64,000 nucleotides of DNA from an uncultured Nitrososphaerota archaeon (lineage in GTDB: Archaea; Thermoproteota; Nitrososphaeria; Conexivisphaerales; DTJL01): NCBI GenBank assembly GCA_963842885.1, contig CAWJIE010000005.1:461927-525926 (forward strand). The letters run 5' to 3'. The position numbers and the translations under genes were made by a program. Below the pieces are notes generated by a model. It saw only the letters and a list, made by a program, of their open reading frames with translations, was not told the origin of the DNA and made no database searches. Of the stretch, positions 50,820-61,171 are shown in pieces (position 1 is the stretch's first letter; the number at the start of each line of letters is the position of its first letter).

Positions 50820-52008
50820 CCAGGCTTACGACGTCTCTGTCCTGTAGATGGTAGTCGTTGGGGAGCCGGAGCTTAGTCCGGGCGTCGACCGCGTAGAGAA
50901 GCCCCTTGGCCAGCTGAGTGTGGACCACCTGGGCCAGGTCGGACACCGTCGCGCCGTCCTTCTCGAGGTAGGCGTCAGGAAGCACGTGGCCATGCTTGTC
51001 CGAAAGCTTCTCTGGATCGTAGACTGGGTAGACGACGTTCATTCGCAGGAGCTTGAACACCGCAGTATTGAGGGCGAACTGGACTCCCGTCCGCATGAAC
51101 TCCCTGAAGACGAGGTTCTGTATGTGCTGTAGGGCCCACCTCTGTCTCTCCGTCATGGCTTTCTCGTTTAGGACGACGAAGCTCTCATCGCCGGGATTGT
51201 ACTTGATTAGCTTCGACTGCTCGGCCTTCCTGAGGGCAAGCTCGGCCTCGGCGCTGGCTGGCACAGTTATCAGGTCTGGGTTAGCGTCCCTGAGCCTGCG
51301 GTAGTTCTTCACCGCGCCAAAAAGGTCCATCTTGTTGGCGACTACAATGGTGGGCTTGGAGACCTCCCTGAGGAAGCCGGTGAACCTCCACAGCTGCTCG
51401 CCGTTCCACGAGTTGAACGCAGCGCCGTCGAGCTTCGACAGAAGGAGGGCCTTCGACACGTCGGCATCGGTTACCCTCATCCCCTTCAGAGGTTCGGATA
51501 TGGCCAGGGGGGCCGGATGGTTCTCCAGGCGCTTGACGATACGGTCCCTGTTGTTCTCGATGATCTTCTGATACCATGACACGAGCTCTCCTTCGATCTC
51601 CTCGAAGTCCTTCTGAGGGTCGCCTGTCCCGGGATCAGCTATCTTCCCTTCTTCGTCGATGCTCCCAGAGGAATCGACGACATGGATCAGGGCATCCGAC
51701 TGAGAGGCGACCGAGAGGAACTGGTTCCCCAGCCCCTTGCCTTCGCTCGCTCCCTTGATGAGCCCGGGGAGATCGACGAGCTCGATTGGGACGTAGCGCC
51801 AGCCCTCTATGCACCTCGAGTTGACGGGCGAATCCTGCACGCCCAGCTCCCTGCAGACGCAGAGCGAGACCGTGTACGCGATCCCTATGTTGGGCACCTT
51901 AGTCGTGAAGGCATAGTTCGAAACATCCGCCTGCTGAAGAGTCGCGGAGTTGAAGAACGTGGTCTTCCCGGTGTTGGTCTTCCCTATGAGCCCTACCCTG
52001 ATGTTCAT
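50800..52008 (-). CDS. ychF: OBG-family translation-associated GTPase/ATPase YchF, archaeal type
   Basis: GKTNTGKTT, YAFTT, DLPGL..GASEGKGLGNQFL, NKMD, TGS domain. Confidence 0.9.
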   Translation of the reverse strand: MNIRVGLIGKTNTGKTTFFNSATLQQADVSNYAFTTKVPNIGIAYTVSLCVCRELGVQDSPVNSRCIEGWRYVPIELVDLPGLIKGASEGKGLGNQFLSVASQSDALIHVVDSSGSIDEEGKIADPGTGDPQKDFEEIEGELVSWYQKIIENNRDRIVKRLENHPAPLAISEPLKGMRVTDADVSKALLLSKLDGAAFNSWNGEQLWRFTGFLREVSKPTIVVANKMDLFGAVKNYRRLRDANPDLITVPASAEAELALRKAEQSKLIKYNPGDESFVVLNEKAMTERQRWALQHIQNLVFREFMRTGVQFALNTAVFKLLRMNVVYPVYDPEKLSDKHGHVLPDAYLEKDGATVSDLAQVVHTQLAKGLLYAVDARTKLRLPNDYHLQDRDVVSLVTVSQK

Positions 52009-52140
52009 CTAGTCTTACCTCCTCCAATGCCCCATTCTTAAATGAAACTGCCAGAAGAAAAGCCTGTCTACGTTTCGAACGCCTCTCCGAAGGGTTAATA
52101 GAACGACTACGCGAACCGTCCAGAACGTCCCTGGTGGCCC

Positions 52141-53152
52141 AACCTGTTCAGTGACTCCGGTGGCGGAAAGATACACCTGACACCCCGCGGCATCATCGTG
52201 GAGGAGTCAGGCATTCGCATCGCCCTCGACCCCAGGGGACCGGTAAAGGCCGACTACGTCTTCATATCCCATGCGCACAGCGATCATGTCCCTTCCTCGG
52301 TTCAATCGTCCAAGGTCATCACGTCAAAGGAGACGGCGAGGCTGGTCCGTGAAAAAGGGCTCACGATCACCGATTTCGTGGAGGAGACACCCCTTTTGAA
52401 GCTGGTCGACACGGGCCACATCCTCGGAGCCCGGGGCATACTGATAGACGGGAGGATTTTCTACACGGGTGACCTCGCCGGAAGACCCCGGGGTTTCCTC
52501 CCGCGGGGCAGGCAGGTGAGCTGCGACGAGCTCATCGTCGAATCAACATATGGCATGCCCGAGTATGTCTTCCCCACCATGGCGGAGATTCTCAACTCTG
52601 CCAACAAAGCCATCGCAACGGCGTTCTCCCAGAACAGGCCCGTCGCGCTCATGGGCTACTCCCTGGGCAAGTCCCAGATCCTCTCCTACCTGTTCCAGTC
52701 TTGGGACGTCCTCTACACGTACGGAAGCGTGCAGCAGTACAACCTGGCTTACAAGGAACTGGGCGTGGAGATGCCCCCTTCCACCTGGCTTAAGACGCCT
52801 CAGGACCTCCTGGGACTGGGGCGAAAGCCGGCGATCATAATCTGCCCCTCCTTCTCATCGAAAGGCCCCTCGGGCGAAGCGCTGAAGATGATTGACGCCG
52901 TAACGATCGGGTTCAGCGGGTGGGCCACCGGCTCTGGTTACGCCTATGCCAGCAAGTTGAGCCGTGCCTTTCCTCTCAGTGACCACGCGGACTTCAAGGA
53001 GCTCCTCTCTTTCGTTGAGGGGGCTCGACCGACGCAAGGTGCACACTGTCCACGGCTTCACCGATGACTTCGCCTTGCTCCTCAGGACGAAGGGCTACGA
53101 CGCCAAGCCCCTGGGGCGGCGCCAGCAGTCCTTGACGGAGTTCATGGGCTGA
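52141..53152 (+). CDS. MBL-fold beta-CASP-type exonuclease; frameshifted (~53030)
   Basis: ISHAHSDH, GHILG, YTGD, ESTYG, SDHAD, VHGF; start uncertain. Confidence 0.82.
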
Positions 53153-53218
53153 GTGGCGGGATCTCCGCTGACTACAACGTTTAAATTCGCATCGCCACCC
53201 ATTGAGCACTGAAGAACG

Positions 53219-54230
53219 ATGGTCAAGGTCGCAGTGAACGGCTACGGTGTTATAGGAAGAAGGGTCGCCGATGCCATCAGGCTTCAGAAGGACATGGAGC
53301 TCGTAGGCATCGTCAAGCGCACCCCCGACTACCGGGCCTTCGTGGCGCAGGGAAAGGGGATCTCCATCTTCGCCCCCGACGCCGCCGGCAAGAAGAAACT
53401 CGAAGACGCTGGCCTTAGGGTCTCAGGGGTAATGGAGGACCTCCTCCGGAACGCGGAGGTGGTGGTGGACGCCTCCCCCGAAGGGAAGGGTGAGGAGAAC
53501 AAGAAGCTCTACCAGGGAGCCGGAGTGAAGGCCATCTTCCAGGGTGGCGAGGAGCATTCCATATGCGGCATCAGCTTCGTGGCCCAGTGCGATTTCGAGC
53601 AGGCCGTCGGGAAGCAGTTCGTGAGAGTCGTCTCATGCAACACGACTGGCCTCTGTCGCACGCTGAAGACCTTAGACGACGCCCTGGGCATCGACGAGGC
53701 CCTGGCCACCCTCGTCCGAAGGTCGACTGACCCCGACGATTCATCGAAAGGCCCCATAGACTCCATCGTGCCCGACCCCCTGGAGCTCCCCTCGCATCAT
53801 GCCGAGGACGTCAAGACCGTCCTTCCCACGATCAACCTCGTGACACTGGCGGTGAAGGTCCCGGCGACCCACATGCACCTCCATGCCCTGGCGCTTCGGG
53901 TCAGGAAGAGGGAGCCGGAGGCAGCCCTATCGGCCATCTCGAAGGAGAAGAGGCTCCTCATCGTGGACGGGAAGCGGGGCTTCAAGTCCACCTCAAACGT
54001 GGTGGACTACGCCCGGGAGATCGGGAGGATCGCGCAACGACCTCTATGAGACGGCGGTGTGGCGTGAATCGGTCAAAGAGCAGAACGGATGGCTCTTCCT
54101 ATTCCAGGGTGTCCATCAGGAGGCAATCGTAATCCCGGAGAACATCGACGCCATCCGGGCGGTCATGGCCTCGGGGACTAAGGAGCTCTCGATGGAGGCC
54201 ACCAACCAGAGCCTAGGAATCGGCAGATGA
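53219..54230 (+). CDS. gap: Archaeal type II glyceraldehyde-3-phosphate dehydrogenase; frameshifted (~54025)
   Basis: NGYGVIGRRVADA, FQGGE, VVSCNTTG, HQEAIVIPENIDAIRA. Confidence 0.95.
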
Positions 54231-54295
54231 GTGATTTCACCTCCCGTGTGGAATAGCTTAAAATAACCTCACGTCGGTGTATTCATGGGTAACAA

Positions 54296-55573
54296 ATGAA
54301 GAACGGCAGCGAAAGCGCTACCGAGAATGATTTCCTGACGTTGGAGGACCTTTCCCTCGAGGGCAAAACTGTCCTCATCCGGGCCGACATTAACACTCCA
54401 GTGGACCCCCAGACGGGGAAGCTCATTGAAAGGATGAGAATCGAAGAAGCGACCATAACGCTGAGGGACCTGTCGAAGTCCAAAGTGGTGCTATGCTCTC
54501 ATCAGGGTAGGGTGGGGCGGGACGACTACATACCTCTCGACCAGCACGCCTCGGCCCTTTCTGAGACCTTGGGGAAAAAGGTGGAGTTCATCGACGACAT
54601 TTACGGCCCCTACGCGAGGGAGAGGATCTCCGACCTCAGCAACGGAGAGATCCTCCTGTTGGACAACCTCCGTTTCTCCGCTGAAGAGGCGAATGAGTAC
54701 CTCCCCGAGCCGGCGGCCAGGACCCAGATCGTGCACAAGTTAAGCCCGAGCTTCGATGCTTTCGTGCTTGACGCGTTTCCGACAGCCCACAGGGCCCACC
54801 CATCGGTGGTCGGGTTCCCTCAGCTTCTTCCGACGGCGGGAGGGAGGCTCGTGGTGAAGGAGCTCAAGGCGGTCAACAGGATCCAGCAGATCGCCAAGGG
54901 ACCTTTCACCGCTGTGTTGGGCGGGTCCAAGGTGACCGACAGGATTGAGGCCATAGGGGCCCTGATAGAGAACAAGAGAGCCGACAAGGTCCTTCTTACG
55001 GGCGTTGCCGGTCTAGCGTTCCTCAAGGGCGCCGGGAAGCTGAAGGCCGACCTTGGCCTAGAGAAGGAGGACGCGGTCGTCGAGAAAGCCCTTGAGCTCA
55101 TGCGCAGTTACCCCGAAGTCTTCGAGCTCCCTGAGGATCTGGCCATCGACAAGGACGGGGAGAGGTACGAGGTCCCGATAGAATCCGTGACGCCGACGGA
55201 TAAGACTTACGACATAGGAGGAAGGACCATCTCGAGGTACGAGAAGATCATACGCAGCAGCGGAACCGTCTTCATGAGCGGCCCGGCCGGAGCGTTCGAA
55301 CGGAAGGGCTTCGGCGTGGGGACCGAAGAGCTCCTTAGGATCATGGCGACGTCGTATGGCACCACAATAGTGAGCGGCGGCCACCTGAGCACCGCGCTGA
55401 AGCTCTTCAACATCCACTCCTGGATCGACCACGTCAGCTCCGCCGGCGGCGCCCTTATCCTCTATCTTGCAGGCAGAAAGCTCCCCCTCATCGAATCGCT
55501 CAGCTACTCGGCGAAACGCTACAGGGCGGCGGGCTACACCAGGAAGTCGAACGCCCCGGGGACTCCGGCGTAA
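54296..55573 (+). CDS. pgk: Phosphoglycerate kinase
   Basis: RADINTP, SHQGR, LDNLRF, AHRAH, LGGSK, DIG, SAGGA. Confidence 0.95.
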   Translation: MKNGSESATENDFLTLEDLSLEGKTVLIRADINTPVDPQTGKLIERMRIEEATITLRDLSKSKVVLCSHQGRVGRDDYIPLDQHASALSETLGKKVEFIDDIYGPYARERISDLSNGEILLLDNLRFSAEEANEYLPEPAARTQIVHKLSPSFDAFVLDAFPTAHRAHPSVVGFPQLLPTAGGRLVVKELKAVNRIQQIAKGPFTAVLGGSKVTDRIEAIGALIENKRADKVLLTGVAGLAFLKGAGKLKADLGLEKEDAVVEKALELMRSYPEVFELPEDLAIDKDGERYEVPIESVTPTDKTYDIGGRTISRYEKIIRSSGTVFMSGPAGAFERKGFGVGTEELLRIMATSYGTTIVSGGHLSTALKLFNIHSWIDHVSSAGGALILYLAGRKLPLIESLSYSAKRYRAAGYTRKSNAPGTPA

Positions 55574-55913
55574 AGTCCGCCACATCTTTACATCCGTTGG
55601 AGCCGAAGATGACCAGCCATGATGCTGGAAAAGGCTGTCGGCGACGTCTTGGAGGAGATCGTTGAGGAAGGCCTCAAGGCGGACTGGGACAGCGACCAGC
55701 CGTCCGACGGGAAGGGAATATGCTGACCTCTGGGCTTGCTGTTCAGGCTTTCTGAAGGGACTGAGTGGGGTCTTGTGCAAAGAGCAGTCAGGCAGGATGC
55801 AATTCTAATAGGAGGAGGTCACATTTGAAAGGATGTTAGCCAATTCGCAGGTAATAACGGCGTTTAACGAAAGGGTCAAAGGCTAATAGCCTTGACTTCA
55901 CCAGCGTCTCCAT

Positions 55914-56273
55914 GTGGTCGCGTCCTTGGACAACAAGATGAAAGACGAGGCAATCATCGACGCACTGCTCAAGTTGGACAAGCGAGTTAGGTCCGTCGCC
56001 GTGATGTCTAACGACCTCGACGTGGTCGCCATGAAGATGCAGTCGGGGACCACTACCTACTCTCCTCCATTCATCGACGAAGTCGTCATCCCCATCATCG
56101 CCGGGATGCTCAAACGCCTGACCGAATACGCCGGGGAGTTCGAGCTGTGCCGAATCAGCTACAAGAAGGTGCGCCTGGTGGTGTACAAGCTACACGACGG
56201 GTTCCTCGTGGTCTCGGCGGAGCCGACCCTCAATCTGGACCCGCTCTGCGACAGTATCGTCCGCCTTGCGTGA
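55914..56273 (+). CDS. Roadblock/profilin-like (DUF6659-like) protein
   Basis: LLKLDKRVRSVAVM...YKKVRLVV...LVVSAEP. Confidence 0.55.
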   Translation: MVASLDNKMKDEAIIDALLKLDKRVRSVAVMSNDLDVVAMKMQSGTTTYSPPFIDEVVIPIIAGMLKRLTEYAGEFELCRISYKKVRLVVYKLHDGFLVVSAEPTLNLDPLCDSIVRLA

Positions 56274-56368
56274 ACTCGCCTTCTGCGAGCTCACCTCTGG
56301 TTCCTGGCGTCCGCCGCTCTGCCGACCGATAGAAAAGGCTATTAGAATTGAAGCCATCGTCGAGGAAT

Positions 56369-56800
56369 ATGGCAGACCCGACTTCGGTAAACGTCCGGTG
56401 GGTGGACGGTTTCACATTCATTGCGAGCAATCAGAAGGGTTACTCGGTCCTGATGGATGCCCCCGTGGAGGAAGGAGACATCCCCTTCAGCATGTCTCCG
56501 GCACAGACGCTCCTCGCCTCCCTCGGCGGGTGCACAGGCATCGACGTAGTTTCCATAATGAAAAAGATGAGGCAGAAGGTCACTGGGCTTCGGGTGGAAG
56601 TGACGGGAGACAGGACACCAGGCTATCCCAAGTACTTCAAGGAGATTCACGTCAAGTACGTGGTGCAGGGGAAAGGGATCGACAAGGCGGCTCTTGAGAG
56701 GGCCATCTCCCTGTCTCATGAGAAGTACTGCACCGTCTCGAATACGGTCAGCGGCAGGGCGAAGCTGGACTGGTCCTACGAAATCGTGGAACCTCAGTAG
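56369..56800 (+). CDS. OsmC family protein
   Basis: SPAQTLLASLGGCTGIDV, AISLSHEKYCTV. Confidence 0.9.
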   Translation: MADPTSVNVRWVDGFTFIASNQKGYSVLMDAPVEEGDIPFSMSPAQTLLASLGGCTGIDVVSIMKKMRQKVTGLRVEVTGDRTPGYPKYFKEIHVKYVVQGKGIDKAALERAISLSHEKYCTVSNTVSGRAKLDWSYEIVEPQ

Positions 56801-56887
56801 CTCGACCTGTCGCTAAGGTATTTGAACCATAGGTCAAGGCTAGTTCTCCACGTCGATTAAGCCTGCAGTCCCCCAGCTCACTGCTGG

Positions 56888-57214
56888 ATGCACAGACTAG
56901 CGAAGAGAATCCAGAAGGAGGCGAAATACGTTCACGAGAAGTCCAGCTTCATGAGTGAAATAGAGTCCGGCTCGAGGCTCAGCGATGCAAGGGACGCGGT
57001 CCTGACTCTCAGGGAGAGGCCTAAGGTGGGGAAGCGGCTGGTCAAGGTGGGGGCCGTCCTGGCCCTCTCGCCAGATCCCTTCGGCGACATCCCGGGAGGG
57101 GTCTTGATAGCTTCCGGCCTTGCCATGGCGAAGTATCGCGACCAGGCAGGGATAGCCGATATCAAGCCGAACATTAGGAAGATCTTGAAGGAATTCGAAT
57201 CGGGCTCCCTGTGA
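56888..57214 (+). CDS. Hypothetical protein
   Basis: 108-aa ORF with a hydrophobic hairpin (GAVLALSPDPFGDIPGGVLIASG). Confidence 0.6.
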   Translation: MHRLAKRIQKEAKYVHEKSSFMSEIESGSRLSDARDAVLTLRERPKVGKRLVKVGAVLALSPDPFGDIPGGVLIASGLAMAKYRDQAGIADIKPNIRKILKEFESGSL

Positions 57215-57259
57215 TACCTGCCGACATGTTTTTCTCCCAGGGCTCTCTCTTGTCACGTC

Positions 57260-57922
57260 ATGCTCAAACTCGGCGCGATGACGGTCAGCTATCTCGAGCA
57301 CGACTGCTTCAGGATAGAAGCGGAGGGAAAGGTCCTCTACACGGACCCCTTTCAGATAAGTGAGCAGCAGAAGAAGGCCGACTTCGTCACGATCTCCCAC
57401 GAGCACTCAGACCACATGAGCAAGGCAGACCTCGGCAAGGTGCTGAAGCCGTCCACCGTGGTGGTCGCATCGGAGAGTTGCCGCGGCAAGCTGGATGGAG
57501 TTGTGAATGAAGTCCACTACCTGAAGCCTGGAGAGACATACCGCACCGGCGACATTGCTTTCGTTGCATTCCCGGCCTACAACACGAACAAGTTCAGGTC
57601 GCCCGGCCACCCCTTCCACCCGAGAGACTACAACGGGGTGGGATTCGTGGTGGAGGTGGGAGGAATCCGAATCTACCACGCTGGCGACACCGACCTGATC
57701 AGGGAAATGGAGACGCTGGGCAAGATCGACCTGGCCCTCCTGCCGGTGAGCGGCACCTATGTCATGACAGCCGACGAGGCAATCGAGGCTGCCCGGAAGA
57801 TTTCACCTGGCTTGGCCGTCCCCATGCACTGGGGCGCCATAGTCGGAGGACATGGCGATGCCGAGAGATTCGTTCGGGGGGTCTCAGCTTTCGGGAAAGC
57901 CCAGCTTGAAGAGAAGGAGTAG
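57260..57922 (+). CDS. MBL-fold metal-dependent hydrolase (UlaG-like)
   Basis: TDP, ISHEHSDH, YHAGDT, PMHWG. Confidence 0.9.
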   Translation: MLKLGAMTVSYLEHDCFRIEAEGKVLYTDPFQISEQQKKADFVTISHEHSDHMSKADLGKVLKPSTVVVASESCRGKLDGVVNEVHYLKPGETYRTGDIAFVAFPAYNTNKFRSPGHPFHPRDYNGVGFVVEVGGIRIYHAGDTDLIREMETLGKIDLALLPVSGTYVMTADEAIEAARKISPGLAVPMHWGAIVGGHGDAERFVRGVSAFGKAQLEEKE

Positions 57923-58057
57923 TAGGGGAATCCCCTCCGAAAGAACAACAGTTGACTTCATCCTTGTTAGTGGCCCTATCTCCCCTACCGCCGGGCTGAG
58001 ATGCCTCCCGGTCTGCACTCGGCGTGAAATGGGAGAGACAAGTTGCTATCGGAACGA

Positions 58058-58534
58058 CTACTTTGACTGAAAGGCGGAGAGCAGCTTATCGTAGGTGGCT
58101 TCCAGATACTCAGGGATGACCTTTGCTTCCCCCAGAATCGGCATGAAATTTGTGTCCCCATCCCAGCGCGGCACGACATGGAAGTGAAGGTGCTCGAAAC
58201 CAGCACCGGAGGCGCGTCCGACGTTGGCGCCAAGATTGTAGCCGGCTGGCTTCAAGGTCTTCTGAAGGGCTTTCATGGAGAGGCCCACCTGGGCCATCAG
58301 TTCCAGTTGTTCATCGGCGCTCAAGTCTCCGGGCTCGAGGACGTGCCTGAAGGGGGCCACCATAATATGGCCGTTGTTGTAAGGGTACCTGTTCATCACA
58401 ACGAAGGTGTACCGATCCCTTCGGAGGATGAGCGACTCCCGGTCGTCGCGGCTCTGAGGCAGCGTGCAGAAGACGCACCCCTTCGGGCCGCCGCCGATGA
58501 ACTCCATGCGCCAGGGAGCCCAGATCTTCTTCAT
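58058..58534 (-). CDS. HIT family nucleotide hydrolase/phosphorylase
   Basis: WAPWR, CVFC, NRYPYNNGH, HLHFHVVPRW. Confidence 0.92.
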   Translation of the reverse strand: MKKIWAPWRMEFIGGGPKGCVFCTLPQSRDDRESLILRRDRYTFVVMNRYPYNNGHIMVAPFRHVLEPGDLSADEQLELMAQVGLSMKALQKTLKPAGYNLGANVGRASGAGFEHLHFHVVPRWDGDTNFMPILGEAKVIPEYLEATYDKLLSAFQSK

Positions 58535-58625
58535 CGCGTCGTCTGTCTACCCGTCGCGGGTAGAAAAGGATAGCAACCGGATAGCTCTGGGCCCAGCCTC
58601 GGAATCTCCCCGAGCATATGACCTG

Positions 58626-59288
58626 TCAGTGGAACTCAGAGCCCGGCTTCTTAGCGATGAGCAGCGCCGAAAAGGCGTCCCTCCTGCCGTGCTGGTGGAT
58701 GGGGGCGCGCATGGTCTTGGTCGTCCCCCTTTCGTCCACCATCTCAATCCGTGCAGATTCAGCGCAGCGCGCCCGTATTCCCCTGGCCAGATAAAAGGCC
58801 TTAGACCTGTCGCCTCGTCCGATCCTGACGAGCTTGTCTCTGGACTCCACCTGGAGGACGCCGCAGACCAGGTCCAGGGCCCTCTCCAACGAATCACAGG
58901 AGGTAGCGAAGAGGTTGTATCCGCGGTAGAGACAGGCGATGCCGGTGTTCTCCCCCGGGTCAAGGCCCACGATGAAAGTGTCTCGCCGCGACTTCAGAAG
59001 GCGAGAAAGGACCCTCGCAGAGTCCATAAACCGGTCCCCGGTGAGTTGTTCGTGCAGGACGCAGTCGCCGCCATAGCCGCGGGGCAGCTCCTGAGCCGTG
59101 GTGAGGAGGAGTCGCGTCACCTCCTCCGAGACCTCCCAGGGGAGCTTCGAAGAGTACAGCAGCTCAAGGACGCGGAGAAGCTGAACGAAATCATAATAGG
59201 CCCTTCCGTTCACGGTGGCGACGACGACCTCGGGTTCTGCCCTTGCATAGCTCCCTCCTCGGAGTCCCTCCGGCGGTCTGGTTCTCAT
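58626..59288 (-). CDS. Hypothetical protein with RNase H-like (YqgF-type) C-terminal domain
   Basis: IVGLDPGENTGIA, VRIG, VDERGTT, DAFSALLIA. Confidence 0.65.
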   Translation of the reverse strand: MRTRPPEGLRGGSYARAEPEVVVATVNGRAYYDFVQLLRVLELLYSSKLPWEVSEEVTRLLLTTAQELPRGYGGDCVLHEQLTGDRFMDSARVLSRLLKSRRDTFIVGLDPGENTGIACLYRGYNLFATSCDSLERALDLVCGVLQVESRDKLVRIGRGDRSKAFYLARGIRARCAESARIEMVDERGTTKTMRAPIHQHGRRDAFSALLIAKKPGSEFH

Positions 59289-59294
59289 TTGGTC

Positions 59295-59504
59295 TTAGCC
59301 TGGCTGCTTCCCCTTCGCTTCGCCCTTGCTCTCTTCCTGGTACTGCACCTCGAATTCAAAGGCATCAGACTGGTTGGCCAAGTTGGATAGGAGCTCTCCG
59401 AGCATGTTGCCGAGATAGATGTTGTCCACCCAGCCGGCCTTGGGTTTGAATGTGACGACGTACCTGTAGGTGACGCTCAAGACACCAGACCATGGTGCGT
59501 TCAA
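59295..59504 (-). CDS. Small hypothetical protein
   Basis: 69-aa ORF, co-oriented and tightly packed with its neighbours. Confidence 0.5.
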   Translation of the reverse strand: MNAPWSGVLSVTYRYVVTFKPKAGWVDNIYLGNMLGELLSNLANQSDAFEFEVQYQEESKGEAKGKQPG

Positions 59505-59577
59505 GTTGAAAAGGGTTTTTCGTCGCTTGGCTTGTGCTGGCGGCTGGTCCCGTATGGGCTGTGCGAAGCTGGCGGGC

Positions 59578-59850
59578 TCATTTCCTCGAGGGCTTGTAGT
59601 ATGCCGGAGGCTGCAGGCCCGCGCAGTGGACCACTCCCTTCACGCGCCTGAGGAAGGAAGGGCAGGTGAAGCAAACGAGGAAGGTGACTTCGTCGTTGAC
59701 CATCGGACACTTGACGGCTTCCTTCTTCATCCGACCCATCATCTTGCCGCTGACAACGCCCTTGAGCTGAGACGTCACTTCCTTGGGCACCTTGGAGGGC
59801 TTCTCGACGGCGAAGATGGGGACCTCGTACTTGGTTGGGGGAACCGACAA
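59578..59850 (-). CDS. Small Cys-rich putative Zn-binding protein
   Basis: KKEAVKCP...CFTC..F.RR..G...C. Confidence 0.65.
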   Translation of the reverse strand: MSVPPTKYEVPIFAVEKPSKVPKEVTSQLKGVVSGKMMGRMKKEAVKCPMVNDEVTFLVCFTCPSFLRRVKGVVHCAGLQPPAYYKPSRK

Positions 59851-60009
59851 CGGCTATCCGGATGGGCAACGGAGAGGAAGGTTATATCGAGTTCGGTTCA
59901 GATCTCTTGGTCTTCATCGGCGTGACCTCGGTCAAGCAAATGCTGCAGAGACAGATTCCCGGTGTCCGCGGATTCCACAGTTACACGTTAAAGGCGGCTT
60001 GGGCCGATA

Positions 60010-60544
60010 TTGGGGCATGTGCTCAACGCGTTCATCCGGTTCAAGGTGTCCCCATCGATCCTCGGATACCTGCTAGATCGGACTGGGGATAATCCTCGCG
60101 GTAATCCTACCGTCGACGCTGGTGGGGCTTCCCGGGCCTGGAAGCTACATCCTCGCCAACTACCAGCTCATCCCCTACGCGCCGCTAGTGCCGCTCATGG
60201 GGGTCGCTATCGGCGTTGCGACGGTGTGGTCGGTCAACCGGTCCTCCAGAACTCGAGGATTCTGGGTCATGCTGTCCTCGGGCTTCATCCTGACGCTCGC
60301 GTTCTTCTGGATCTCCGTCGCTAAGCCCGGCACCTACGTCCATGGGCTGGGCTTCCCGCTGAGCTGGATCCTCTTCCTCGCCCTCCCCCTCAGGCCGGTC
60401 CAAGTGCTAGGGACATCTGTCATAGCCTTCCTCCTTGACTGGACGCTCTGGACGCTCTTCATAGACAGCCTGAGCTTACGTCTCAGAGCAGCGCAGGCTC
60501 CGACGGAGGTTCTATCTCGCCGGAAAACCCTCCCGAAATCTTGA
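60010..60544 (+). CDS. Membrane protein, probably frameshifted (~60060)
   Basis: Hydrophobic segments in the 60122-60544 frame, which stays open upstream; the ATG at 60018 is in another frame. Confidence 0.5.
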
Positions 60545-60618
60545 CAAGTCAAGGAGATTTGATTAAATGTATTACAGTTTGGGTGCGATACGTTAAAGTA
60601 AGGCGCGGGAGTAACAAT

Positions 60619-60950
60619 GATTCGTCCGCGCGCTATCTGGTGGCGACGTGACACAGGTCGTTCAAGAGCGCCTGTGCGCAGTCCGGCTTCCTGATCAGAA
60701 GTCGGAGGATGTATCCGGCTCGCAAGGCGACCCGTATCATGGGACCACCGGCCCTGGCGCGAAAGCCCGAAAGGCTCTAGGATGGACGGAGAAAGGCGGA
60801 AGTGTGCGCCGCGGCGGGGCTCTGCCCCAAAGAGTCGCATGCTGAAGTCTGGAACCGTTCAAACGAAAGCCTCGACGGTGATCGAACTTGGGGTTTTGCG
60901 CGCGGGCCGGAACAGTCCCCAGCGTAACGCGTCAGCTTGCTGGACGATCA
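60619..60950 (+). ncRNA. Putative ~330-nt structured non-coding RNA, family unassigned
   Basis: Nested helices, GNRA loops (GCGAAAGC, CCGAAAGG), 5'/3' pairing, TTAAAG box at ~60593; no credible ORF. Confidence 0.6.
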
Positions 60951-61171
60951 GAAGGCGGCAGGCTCAACCCAGGTCGATTTCAAATTCGCCGGCCTTAGAG
61001 CCCAAGCCCGGCCCGTTGTTCAGAACCTTGACCGACTACCCCGTCTTCTTGTGAAGCCCCACCTCAAGGATACCACCTCTAAGTGGACAGTTCACTGTGT
61101 CGCCTTGCAGATTCCGCAGTGCCGCAGCGTACATTCGATGTCCCTGTCCATCCTTGCCTTTGGCACGCGGA

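Noticed and set aside
60619-60975. SRP RNA, canonical RNase P RNA or group II intron
   Set aside because: No SRP helix-8 motif, the RNase P P4 elements do not pair, and no domain V or RT ORF was seen; kept as an unassigned RNA
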